A stretch of 63,824 bases of DNA, the filler included, from Octopus bimaculoides (lineage: Eukaryota): assembly GCF_001194135.2 (NCBI RefSeq). It is 7 parts of 7 records of this genome, joined end to end, with 100 filler letters (N's around TTAATTAATTAA, not from the genome) between each part and the next. Parts side by side here need not be neighbours in the genome. Positions count along the whole stretch, not along the records: positions 35,070 to 50,612 come from NC_068989.1; positions 50,713 to 53,211 come from NC_068991.1; positions 53,312 to 58,685 come from NC_068984.1; positions 58,786 to 59,822 come from NW_026338224.1; positions 59,923 to 63,824 come from NW_026420246.1; 2 more parts are not named here. One strand, written 5' to 3'. The notes under the pieces are model-generated. The model did not search any database. It was not told the DNA's origin and was given only the letters and a program-made list of their open reading frames with translations. Positions 50,236-63,824 of the stretch are shown in pieces (position 1 is the first letter of the stretch; each line of letters starts with the position of its first letter). The translations under genes were made by a program, and so were the position numbers.

Positions 50236-50612
50236 ATTATTATTATTATCATTATTATTATTATTATTGTTCAGTAGTTTTATTTTTATAACGTGCTTTC
50301 ACTTCACTACCGAGCGCAGCTCTGTGCGCCTTGGGTATGTGCTGTGGTTTGCTGTGGTGCTCTTATGTTTACTGTATTGAAAGTGTTTTGCGTAGGATGT
50401 GTGCAGTGCCCAGTAGTGCAATTTTCTGTATGTTATATATATTTGTAAGTCCTGGTGTTTTTGTTATGTATTTGTCTGAATATTTGCCTTAATTTCTCTA
50501 TCTGTGTGTATTGGCATATCCCAGAGTATGGTTGCTTTCTCGTTTTCTGTGACCTTTTCTGGTGTGTGTTCATACCATCTTTTTTCTGTTGTTATTCCAT
50601 AGTGTTGGCATA
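50236..50612 (-). mobile_element. Dong/R4-like LINE 3' end with deletion of the RLE catalytic core
   Basis: CQHYGITTEKRWYEHTPEKVTENEKATILWDMPIHTDREIKAN joined out of frame to YSDKYITKTPGLTNIYNIQKIALLGTAHILRKTLSIQ*; (AAT)n tail. Confidence 0.9.
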
Positions 50613-50734
50613 NNNNNNNNNNNNNNNNNNNNNNNNNNNNNNNNNNNNNNNNNNNNTTAATTAATTAANNNNNNNNNNNNNNNNNNNNNNNNNNNNNNNN
50701 NNNNNNNNNNNNAAATTTAAATAATATCTTCCAT

Positions 50735-51021
50735 TTGTGATCGTTGCCAGTGCCGATGGACTGGCTCCTGTGCAGGTGGCACGTAAAATACACCATTTCG
50801 AGCGTGGCCGTTGCCAGTACCGCCTGACTGGCCCTCGTGCCGGTGGCACGTAAAAGCACCCACTACATTCTCAGAGTGGTTGGCGTTAGGAAGGGCATCC
50901 AGCTGTAGAAACTCTGCCAAATCAGATTGGAGCCTGGTGTCGTCCCCTGGTCCACCAGTCCTCAGTCAAGTCGTCCAACCCATGCTAGCATGGAAAGTGG
51001 ATGTTAAACGACGATGATGAT
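50735..51021 (+). mobile_element. Family C repeat
   Basis: GGCACGTAAAAGCACCCACTAC..GGCGTTAGGAAGGGCATCCAGCTGTAG..CCAACCCATGCTAGCATGGAAAGTGGATGTTAAACGACGATGATG. Confidence 0.92.
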
Positions 51022-51061
51022 GTGTTTTAAACCCTGTCAGTCAGCAGCTAGTCTTAAAAGT

Positions 51062-51163
51062 CATAGTTGACAAAATAAGTACCAGTTGAACACTGGGGTC
51101 GAGGTAATCTACTGATTTCATCCTCCCAAACTTGGTCTTGTGCCAAAATTTGAAACCATTATC
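51062..51163 (+). mobile_element. SINE family B, 3' half
   Basis: GACAAAATAAGTACCAGTTGAACACTGGGGTCGAGG..CTTGTGCCAAAATTTGAAACCATTA. Confidence 0.85.
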
Positions 51164-51574
51164 AAGCTGGTGTTTGAAACGTAAATTAGCACGAAATTTG
51201 ATAGAAGTCTTTTTTTTATTTAGTTCACTTTAAAACAGGTAGTTTGTATCATAGAATCTAGCAACAGATAGTTATCAAAGGGTTAAAGCATGGAACTATA
51301 TCAAGATTTGGTGGAAGGGAGAGAGAGGAAGAAAGCCCTGTACAATAAGAAGTGCTGAGTTTGATACAATATTGCACACACACACACATGCAAAAATAGA
51401 GTATCAGTATTGAATTATAATGTACAGTTTGGAACACCTTTTCAAAAAATCAAAATATACAACATAGAGATAAACTTACCTAATAACTGATCCAATGTTC
51501 AATTAGAAGATATTGAACCACTGGATTAGTCATCTCTATGTTGTATATATTTAAATTGAATTGTACTTGGGCAT

Positions 51575-51942
51575 AATTTTACGAAGATGTACTTGCATAA
51601 CAAGTGACCTGATCTGAGATTGTGTGCTGGAACAAAAACAATTGCAGCGTGGAAGGTGTTTATAAGCCCATTTAAAAATGCACAAAAACCATTAGATTCA
51701 CTTCAACATTTAAATTTAATTTGTCAAAATATTTTCGTCGCTTTGAAACTGCAATGTATTCAATGACAAATTTTGGTTGGCCTGAGGTTATAATAGAAGG
51801 TGCCATGCAGGAATTTTGCCAGTGAACAGGTTGCGGTTTCAAAGCGATGAAAATATTTTGACAAATTAAATTTAAACATTGAAGAGAATCTAATGGTTTT
51901 TATGTTTTTAAATGACTTATATATACACCTTCCATACTGCAA
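51575..51942. mobile_element. Foldback/MITE-like element with about 112-bp inverted arms
   Basis: 51642-51754 is the reverse complement of 51831-51942 with scattered mismatches; 76-bp spacer. Confidence 0.9.
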
Positions 51943-52247
51943 AAATAATTTTAATTTTTGAAAAGATGTTCCAAATTTTGGTATAGATAGTAATACAAAT
52001 GGGAATGTTCATATTTAGAGAATTTTTAAATTACACATTAATAAATAGACAAAGAGAAGAATGTAATGTAAACAATCTTATATCTCAGATTTACACCAAT
52101 GCTTAATAGGACTGCACCTCACTAGAACTTCCTGTTCAAGTGTCTTTTACTAAACTGAACACCTCAAATGACGTAATAAGCCAAACTAACAACATTTCAA
52201 AACACTCCTTCTTTTGTGAAAAAGTAAGTGTTTTTAAAAAAATTATA

Positions 52248-52455
52248 TAGGTGCAGGCATGATTGTGTGGTTTAGAAGTTCACTTCCCAACCATATGGTT
52301 TCAGGTTCAGTCCCACTGTGCCGTATCTTATGCAAGGGCCTTCACTATAGCCTGCATGACACTTTGGGCAGGTGTCTTCTATTATAACCTCGGGTCAACC
52401 AAAGCCTTGTGAGTGGATTTGGTAGGCAAAAACTGAAAGAAGCCTGTTGTATATG
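52248..52455 (+). mobile_element. SINE family A 5' half with internal duplication
   Basis: GGTTCAGTCCCACTG followed by two versions of the CTTGGGCAAGTGTCTTCTACTATAGC segment. Confidence 0.85.
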
Positions 52456-52786
52456 TTAATAAATAGATAATAAAAACTCATTCTTATATTTGTGAAGTGC
52501 TGGTGCCACATAAAAAGCACTACACATTTGGTAGAGAGACGGAGTATTTAACAAAGATTTCTTTTCCTGTTTTAAAGATATATTTGAAACCTCATTTCTG
52601 TTCATGAAATAAAAGTAGGAGGGTCGGTAATAAACAAGTGAGGGATGAGGACAGATGATTCCAAATATTATAGAAACAAATAGCTGCCTGCATGGGGCAG
52701 AGCTTTCTGACTGGATGCCCTGCTTGACATAAACAAACCAACATCAGTTATCAAGCAGTGGAGGTGGACAGGCAAACACAAACACC

Positions 52787-53110
52787 CATCATCATCATTA
52801 TCACACTTAATGTCTGCTTTCCATGTTGGCAAGAGTTAGACGGTTTGATTGGAACTGGTAAGCTGGAGAGTTGCACCAGGTTCCAGTCTGATTTGGCATG
52901 GCTTCTACAGCTGGATGCTCTTCCTAACACCAACCACTCCAAGAGTGTAATGGCTACTCCTTATGTGCCATTTATATAACACTGGCAACAGCCACGACTA
53001 CAATTTCACTTGGTTTGATGAGTGTTCTCAAGCACAGCATATTGCCAAAGGTCTCGGTTACTTGCCATCGCCTCCATGAGGCCCAGCATTCGAAGATCGA
53101 CCACAACGAC
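52787..53110 (-). mobile_element. Older family C repeat
   Basis: CATCATC..GCTTTCCATGTTGGCA..CTACAGCTGGATGCTCTTCCTAACACCAACCACTC. Confidence 0.8.
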
Positions 53111-55814
53111 GATTTCACTACACACACAAGTTTGTTTTTTTTCTTTCAGGTCTCACCTACCAAATTCACTCATAAAGCTTTGGTTGGCCCAAGGCTATGG
53201 TGGAAAACACTNNNNNNNNNNNNNNNNNNNNNNNNNNNNNNNNNNNNNNNNNNNNTTAATTAATTAANNNNNNNNNNNNNNNNNNNNNNNNNNNNNNNNN
53301 NNNNNNNNNNNATATATATATATATATATATATATATATAACGTGCGCCCATACACACACATATGGTAAAAAAGATTTAAGATTGGCTTCTCAGACGCAA
53401 GATCCAGGATTCGAAGTCACTGCGTTCAATTTTTGACGAAAAACTTTTACAATATGACTCAGGGTCGAACCATGTCCAGGGAGTCAAAGTTGACTGACGG
53501 AAATTTTCTGGAAATGTGTCGGATGAAATATCCACTTTTGTGTTATGATTATGTTGTGTCAAGATAAAGTGTCTTGATTATGTTACAGTGATTCTGTTTG
53601 AGAAATACGTTAGGGGCACCCCTGTGAAGCATTCCATGGCTCATACGCCAATTCAATGAGCAGGTAATTCAGTTGGTTTTATAAAATAAAATAAGTGACA
53701 GAAAGTTCTGACCGACATCCATGCATTCAATTCTCCATCTCTGGAATTCACCTCTGACCTTTACCACTTCGGTGACTCTTTATCTCTGGAAATTACCACT
53801 GGATTGTATGACTCACTCTGTACGTAACATACATGATTTTTTTAAAATTCCATTAAAAAATATAACCTTCACTTAGCTTCCTCAACGATATTATTTCTTC
53901 GTATTTTTCTTATCTTTTTCTTTCTTATATATGTATAAATATTTTTCAGTGTTTAACACCAAATTGTTTCTCTTTCTGTTTACTCCTTTTTGTTTTTCTG
54001 TCAGTTCTCAGTTCCACGATCTTATCATATCCGATCTTTCGTCGCTTTTTTCGGATACTGTACCTATTTTATAACCTCCAACTTTTCACCAGTGTTATCA
54101 CTTAACTATTTTTCTACCATTTTAAAATATATTCTTCACTTAATATATTTTTAAAATTTTATCTTTCTGTCTCTCTGTTCATATTCGTCATCAGTGTCTT
54201 CTCTTACCTTCACTTTCACCTCCCCCATCGCGCCTGCCATATTCTCGTTCCACACGATTTCCTCTCGCATACAATACGATTACACATACACATTATCCCC
54301 CTCGCTATCCCATGGAGATAAATATACAAATACACACATATACATACATGCTACATGCTTATATATATATATAAATATATATGTGCGTGCGTGTGCATGT
54401 GTGTGTGCGTATGTATGTATGTATGTATGTATAAAATAGGTCCACTATAGGTAGAATCAATAAAAAAGTACTCCACCCAATGAGAGATAAATATCGATTT
54501 AATACACAACCGAAAGAGCTACTAACAGTTTCATGCTTTTATGATACTTTATCTAAACATGTTTATAAAATACACCATATATTTCCATGCGATCTTTTAA
54601 GCTCTATTTATGCGTTATATATATTTTAAAAATAAGGACGCTGGACAGTGGGAAAATAAGAAAAAATAACGTGAAAAAAAAACACGAGAAGAAAGAAACG
54701 AAATCAACAAAACTAAGATCTCCATCCTCTTTATGGCAGAAACCTCAATTAATACAGCTGGTATAGAGCAAAATAACAGAAAATAGGTGGAGAATCGTGG
54801 AGGATCCAAGCTACATGTTAATGGATTTTAGAAATGCAAATTATGCATAGCAGAAAGATCTCATAATTTTCTTAGATTTAACAATTCCAACGCACTGCTT
54901 AATTCCAGATTCGAAATTTTTAGCAGGTATTAATATATGGACAGGTTTTTTTTTATCGAATTGGAGGACACATATTTTCTGTTACTTTTTTGCTGATTCA
55001 ACCTATATTGGATCTATAAACGATATACCTCCAATTTTCGTGGGTTTCTACTGCAAATTTAATTTCCACATACATATACATATACACATACACAGACATT
55101 CATACAATCATGCATCCATACATTCATGATTCACAAGATCATACAAACATACATTCACATCTGCTTATTTTCCAAGCATACAGTTACTGCATCCAGATTT
55201 CAGTTTTAGATTTCCAACATTAATTATTGGAACACTTGGCTACGTGACTAAATTCTTCAATACCAATCTTGAGAATACACAAAACCAGAAAGAGCACGCC
55301 TAGTCAGAATATTACAGCTACGAGCTCTCAAGGGTACTGTCAAAATATATATAAAATATTCATGAAGTTTAGCATGTAATAAGATCTACACATATAATGA
55401 CGTCCATAATAGACTCCATAAGTGTGTGCACATACAAATGTATACGTATACATTCGTGCATACATATGCATGCGCACATATATGAATACCTGCACACAAA
55501 ACAACCCAACTGATTTTGTCTAAATCCCCATAAAAAAATATTGTTTCTTGACTTAAAACTAGTTCTAGATTGAAAGATAACTACATACATACATACATAC
55601 ATACATTCATACATACATACATACATACATACACACACCCATACATACATACATACACACACCCATACATACATACATACATACATACATACATACATAC
55701 ATACACACATACATAGTGCATACATACATACTTACATACACACATACACATACATACACACATACACACATACATACATACATACATACATACATACATA
55801 CATAGAAAAATACC

Positions 55815-55908
55815 TTGCTGATGTTGAAATTCCAATGGAGGAGACTTGAAACAAGGTTAGAAGCGGCTCTTACTCTATTGGCAAGAAATCTTGAAATAAA
55901 ACTGAGTA
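55815..55908 (-). repeat. Short repeat homologous to 14345-14440
   Basis: Same alignment as for 14345-14440; also lies 3' of a (TATG)n tract on its own strand. Confidence 0.7.
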
Positions 55909-55989
55909 ATGACATATATATATATATACATACATAATACATACATACATACATACATACATACATACATACGTACATACATACATAAG

Positions 55990-57900
<1,911 letters not shown>

Positions 57901-58144
57901 CTCCGTTATTCAAATAAAAATATATAACCTGTACACACACTCTTATATCTATTTGTAACCAACCACTTACATGTGTCGTTTTTCTCTAACTGGATCTCTT
58001 TTCCTATTTTCTCCGTTCTTTTTTCTCTTAGTCTATAACATTTCTATTTCTTTTACTCGACTTCTAACCCTATATTCATTTTTCTCTCAGATAAATTATC
58101 TCAGCAATTCTTCAAATACATTGGGTGCATGCGTGTGTGTGAGT

Positions 58145-58186
<42 letters not shown>

Positions 58187-58563
58187 GTGTGTGTGTGTGC
58201 GCGCGCTTGAAGGCATGCATAGATACAAACGCTCATACTCATATATGTGTACCTATGTACATCACAAAATATCTATCATATTAACAAATATATATATTCA
58301 CGTATGACCAACACGCCTATATACACACATACATACGCACGAACACATACTCTCTCACACACACATGTGCATACATAGTTCATATATGTGTACGTACATA
58401 CATACATAGATATAGATGCACAGTGGCTGGAAGCAGTATGCGGGTAAAAGTGAGCTCGTGCACATGTGTTTATGCAAACATATAGACACGAATGTTTGTG
58501 TGTGAATGTGTGCGCGTGCAAGTATGGGTGTGTATACATGTGCATAATCCATCGGTTTAAAAT

Positions 58564-58685
58564 CACACACACACGCACCTCCCCACACACACGCCTCCCC
58601 ACACACACACCTCCCCACACACGCACCTCCCAACACACGCACCTCCCCACACACGCACCTCCCAACACACGCACCTCCCCACACA
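58564..58685. repeat. 16-bp C-rich minisatellite (CACACGCACCTCCCCA)n
   Basis: About 7 units, running into a linker gap. Confidence 0.9.
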
Positions 58686-58785
58686 NNNNNNNNNNNNNNN
58701 NNNNNNNNNNNNNNNNNNNNNNNNNNNNNTTAATTAATTAANNNNNNNNNNNNNNNNNNNNNNNNNNNNNNNNNNNNNNNNNNNN

Positions 58786-59486
58786 TTAACTGTCACTGAT
58801 TTTATTTGTTTTTTTTTGTTTCATCTTATCAGACCCAGTGATTTAAAGCCTAAGAGGGCACCAGCCTTTTCCTTATAAGGAAAGGGAAGGGGTAAACAAT
58901 ATACATGGATATGGTTATAAAGATTCTTTTGGTTTTAGTGACACCACTATTATAGGTTGGGGGGTTTTCACTACTAGCAAACCAGTTTATAAATTAGCAA
59001 GGGAAGTTTAACATTAAGGCACCTAGGTCAAAAGTATATAAAATATAGTTTCTATATATGTACAGATACAGTATGTGTTTATTTAGTTTTCATTAATCAG
59101 AATAATGTATCAGTATTGTTTTACATATACCAAGTATGGAAACTTTGAGATACCAATATTAGCTTAATTAATATGTGGATAATAGTGATGTAACTAATCA
59201 ATACATTCAATATGCAAAAAAAAACCATGAAGTAGTGTTAATTTAAATTTAAAAAGCTTTGGTAAAATACATTTAGACTTATTTATACCAATATAAAGAA
59301 CCATAGATAAGATGTGAAGTTAAAAAATTTTATTATATATATCGGACTAAAAATTATTTTAAAATTAAAGTTAATATATCTAATATTACTTAAAGGACAC
59401 GTGAGAGATAAGATTTATTTTATAACTACTGGTGCCCTCTTAAGATAAGATAAAAAAATTAAAAAAATGAAATCAGTGACAGTTAA
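58786..59486. mobile_element. TTAA-bounded MITE-like element
   Basis: TTAACTGTCACTGATTT..TCTTATC..TAAGAGGGCACCAG at left; CTGGTGCCCTCTTAAGATAAGA..AAATCAGTGACAGTTAA at right; AT-rich noncoding interior. Confidence 0.8.
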
Positions 59487-59922
59487 AATCTGCTTGGAAT
59501 TAATTACTAGCCTGTATGATCCGGCTAAGTCAAAATGGTTTTTTGTATTCTTCCTTCCTACTTGGATTGTTTAAATGTAGTTACAATAATATGTCCTTCT
59601 ACTGAAATGAAATTTCAGTAAATTTTCTGTATCTTTGTGCAGCTGAAGATTGCTCTGCATTTTACATTTGATGTAATGCTCACATTGCTTAAATAAATGG
59701 AGTCGCATGAAACGATCGTACTGCATTAACCTTGAATACCCATGTTGCTTATTTTGGTTTTAATCACCTTACTTTGGAATTGTTTGGATAATACCATACT
59801 AAATTCTGGTGCCTAAACTTAANNNNNNNNNNNNNNNNNNNNNNNNNNNNNNNNNNNNNNNNNNNNTTAATTAATTAANNNNNNNNNNNNNNNNNNNNNN
59901 NNNNNNNNNNNNNNNNNNNNNN

Positions 59923-59969
59923 TCCAACCCATGCTAGCATGGAAAGCGGACGTTAAACGATGATGATGA
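59923..59969 (+). mobile_element. Family C 3' end
   Basis: TCCAACCCATGCTAGCATGGAAAGCGGACGTTAAACGATGATGATG. Confidence 0.88.
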
Positions 59970-60337
59970 CACGTGCACACACACACACACACACACACAA
60001 AATTCCTCAAAGGAGTTTATTATATGTCTCCAGTCCTGTGATTGTTACACCCCATTTACCTCTTCAGCAATTCTCAGAGTCCCTACCAGCATATCATGCT
60101 TTACTGCCTTTCACTTTTGGACTGAGCCCATGAAAATGTTTAAAATAGCAAAATTATCACAACAGGGAATTAAAGCTGTAGCAGCCTTGTGAGAAAAATA
60201 GCTAAATATATGGCAGAAAACATAAAATTAATTATTGATAAATTTGTGGATTAGCAGAAGCAAAATTCCAGAGAAGCAGTAAGTGAAGGTACATCACTGA
60301 AAAACAAGCTACAACAGTAACAATTTTTTTCTTTTTT

Positions 60338-63300
60338 CTATAGGCACAAGGCCTGAAATTTGGGAGTGGAGTGGGGAGCTAGTCGATTACATCAAACCTA
60401 GTACCCTAATTGTACTTATTTTTTTTTAACCCTGAAAGGATGAAAGGTAAAGTCGACCTCATTGAAATTTGAAGGCCATAGCAATAAAAATAAGCCTTTC
60501 CTAATATGGGCATTAGAAATGCTTTTTGTTACTGCTGTGGACTTCAAACATAGGCATTTTATCTGACACTAACTCCTGCCAGCTCACCCTCATTAATAAT
60601 AAAATTGTTTCAAATTTTGACACAAGACCAATAGTTTTAAATTGCCTCAGCTCCAGTATTTAACAAGTATGCTTTTTATCAACCGCAAGAGAGTGAACGG
60701 AAAAGTCAACTGCAATGGTATTTGAACTCATAACTTAAAAAGGGCTGCAAGAAATACCAAAGGCATTTTTACAATACTCTAATGATACTTCAAATATGGA
60801 GAGATAACAAGTAGAATTTGATAATGAATTGGAAGAAATAACATTAAGTTTGTCTGACAATTCTGGTCAATAATAATAATAATAATAATAATAGTGGTTC
60901 AAATTTTGGTACAAAACCAGAAATTTTGCAGTGAGTGGGGTGAGGCAATTACATTGACTCCAGTGCTCAATTGGTACTTATTCTATTGACCTTGACAGGA
61001 TGAAAGACAAATTTTACCTGGGCAGAAAGTGAACACAGAAAGTCAAGAGCTGGAAGAAATGCCACTAAGCATTTTGTGCTAACAATTCTGTCAGCTCACC
61101 ACTTCAACAATAATAATAATAATAAATAATGTATAAATATAAAGCTAAAAAAATTAAATAAAGCTCCATGACTAATAAGTCATTAAATCATTTTCTTAAA
61201 AATTATGATTTAATCCAAAGTCTCAATTATTTAGGGAAAATTAATGTCAGGTGAATAGGTAGACTATAGTTGATTGTTGGCATAGATAGTATCACAACCC
61301 TGTAAAGATGAAAGACAGTTGATTACTGTTGGATTTGAACTAAGAATATAAAGGGATGTAATAAATAAATACAAGGTATTTAGCTCAGCACAACGAATTT
61401 TCAAAATTCACCACATTAACAATAATGAATGAATTGTACTAAAATATTTAATATGGTAGGGTAATACAATTTACTCTCAAACATTCAAACAGCAGACAGG
61501 GTGATCTTGAAGAATGTTTGTTCATAATTGCTAGATAAAAGGACGTTGAATGTATTTGTTCAAAATGGCCAGATGCGGTGACCTTGAAAATATGTTCAAA
61601 CAACAATAAGAAACACCATGCAATAGATGATTTTCTTTGTTTTATCATTTTTATGGGATTTCATCAACAAACCAGACATTTTGAATGGTAAATAGTAGAA
61701 CCAAAACAATACTTCACCTGAATTCAAGCTCTCTCACCCTCTCTCCCCTCTCACATACATCAATAATAATAATTATTATTTCTGATGGCCTGAATTTTGG
61801 AGGATGAGGCTATTCGATTAGATCAGCCCCAGTACTCAACTGGTACTTTATTTTATCAATGTCCTGAAAGGATGAAAAGCAATGTTAACCTCAGCAGGAT
61901 ATGAACTCAGAATGTTCAGAAGAAATGCTGCTAAGCATTTTGTTCAATATGCTAACAATGATAATGATTACTAACAAAGCCAAAGCATTTTTCACGACGT
62001 AATGAGAGTATATAGCTGTTACTGTCACACTAGTAAGTAACTGGTCCTTATTTCATCAACACTTGTAGAATGAAAGGTAAAGTTAGTAATAATTATTTCT
62101 AATTTGGGCACAAAGCCAGCAATTCTGATATGGAGGAAATTATTCAATTACATTGACCCCTGATATTTAACAGGTACTTTATTTTATGGACCCTAGAAGG
62201 ACAAAAGGTAAAACTGACCTTAATACTTTCTGAAAAGCATAGGTTCTGAAGTGAGCTATAATCAATTATATAGTAACAGTTGTAATAGTTTTTAACAAAA
62301 GACCAGCAGTTTCAGAGAAAGTGTTAGTTAATTAGACAGAAAGTTAATTAGAGATGAAAAGCAAAATTGATTGCAGTGAGAATGTAAATAGCAAAGCATG
62401 TTGTAGAAAGGCTCTAATAATCCTGCCAATTTATTATCCTGGTAATTATTATAATTCTTTCTATTATAGGCACATGGCTTAGAATTATATGGGTAGAAGC
62501 TAGTTGATTGCATCAACCCCAATTGGATGAAAGGCAAAATCAACATCAGAGGCATTTGAACTCAGATTGTAAGGACCCGAATAATAATAATAATAATTCT
62601 TTCTACTATAGGCACAAGGCTTGAAAATACGGGGGAGGGGTTAAGTTGATTATATTGACCCCAGTATGCGACTGGTACTTAATTTATCAACCCTAAAAAG
62701 GTGAAAGGCAAAGTCGACCTCATCGGAATTTGAACTCAGAACGCAGCAACGGGTAAAATATTCTGTAAGCTCGCCACCTTAATACTACTACTTCTACTAC
62801 TACTACTACTAATAATAATAATAATAAAATCGCTTTAAATCTAGACAGTGAGCCAACAATTTTGAGAGGAGTGGCTCACTCATCTAAACTAACCTCAAAT
62901 ACTTGGCTAATTCTTTATTTTATTGACCCTGAACAGAGGAACGGCAAAGCTGATTTGAGAGTCAGAACAAGTACCCGCAAGGCATTATAAAAACAATTTT
63001 CTAACTTTGGTGCAAGGTCTTAAATTTGAGGAGTAGGGGTTAGTCAACTAAATTAAGGCTAATACATAACTCTGATATTTCATTTTATTACTGACCCACA
63101 GGGTATAAAGCATCATTGATTTTGCAAGATTTGAAAGCCACAAATTCCAAAATGTCTGTTGAGGGATATAGACAATTATACCAGCCTCGGTTCATGACTC
63201 ATTCTATTCTTATCAACTGATGCAAGAAAGATAAAAAGCAGTTAACAAATAATAATAATAATAACTGCTTCTAATTTAGGCACAAGGACAGCCATTTTGG

Positions 63301-63675
63301 GGTAAAGGGAGCTAGTTGATTACATCAACCCCAGTCCATAACTGGTAGTTTAGTTTATCAAGCCCAGGGGTATGAAAAGTAAAGATAACCTCAGCAGGAT
63401 TTACAGTAAAGAATCAGTACTGATACCATAATGTGTGCTTTACAAAACTTTAACAATTCTTCCAGCTCACTTGATAATGATTTCAAATGTTGGCACAAGG
63501 CTAGCAATTCCAGGGGAGAGGGGTAAGCTAATTACATCAACCCCAGGGCTCAACTGGTCCTTATTTTGTCAACCCAGAAACAATGAAAAGCAAAGTTGGC
63601 CTTGCTGGAATTTGAACATAGAACATAAAAAAACACTGCCAAGCATTTTGCCAGCTTGCTACCTTCAGCTCACTT
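60338..63675 (-). mobile_element. Head-to-tail cluster of about 15 full or partial SINE family B copies
   Basis: Recurrent GGCACAAGG..TACATC(A/G)ACCCC..GGTACTT..GAAAGGATGAAAGG..TTTGAAC..CAGCTC units near 60338, 60606, 60895, 61265, 61775, 62015, 62090, 62295, 62455, 62597, 62825, 62995, 63170, 63265 and 63478, mostly separated by (AAT)n. Confidence 0.85.
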
Positions 63676-63824
63676 AATAATAGCAACAATTATAATTAAT
63701 AATAGCAACAATTATAATTAATAATAGCAACAATTATAATTAATAATAGCAACAATTATAATTAATAATAGCAACAATTATAATTAATAATAGCAACAAT
63801 TATAATTAATAATAGCAACAATTA
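63675..63824. repeat. 22-bp minisatellite (AATAGCAACAATTATAATTAAT)n
   Basis: TAGC recurs at 63681, 63703, 63725; about 6.8 perfect units to the window end. Confidence 0.95.

Noticed and set aside
53370-53425. tRNA-like fragment with GGATTCGAAGTC
   Set aside because: Only a B-box-like word with no cloverleaf; probably an eroded SINE head.
60338-63675. CRISPR-like or tRNA-array interpretation of the periodic cluster
   Set aside because: Units are about 200-bp degenerate SINEs with no conserved short repeat/unique spacer pattern, in a eukaryotic context.

Overview
AT-rich, repeat-saturated animal genomic DNA from a draft assembly with many N gaps and artificial TTAATTAATTAA scaffold linkers. 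The SINE families and microsatellite load point to a coleoid cephalopod, most likely Octopus; this is an inference from recognised repeats, not a database hit. I find no credible host protein-coding exon, rRNA, true tRNA or CRISPR array. Almost all long ORFs in the track are microsatellite or N-run artefacts. The window is a transposon graveyard. It holds three tRNA-headed SINE families (my labels A, B and D) and a (GAT)n-tailed short repeat (C) that looks like the 3' UTR of an RTE LINE. It also holds decayed non-LTR retrotransposons (RTE-BovB-like, RTE/Expander-like, at least two Dong/R4-like lineages, Hero-like, CR1-like, probably Tx1-like, Penelope-like), decayed DNA transposons (hAT Buster/Charlie-like, three Tc1/mariner), MITE/foldback elements and many micro- and minisatellites. 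The most notable architecture is: (1) a 3.3 kb same-strand head-to-tail run of about 15 divergent, CpG-decayed SINE-B copies at 60.3-63.7 kb; (2) an RTE-BovB copy with twin-priming-like inversion geometry at 9.8-10.8 kb; (3) an RTE RT fragment fused to the family-C tail; (4) hammerhead-like folds at Penelope-like ends; (5) long foldback elements that could form dsRNA. Boundaries are read by eye and are approximate to within about 10-20 bp.
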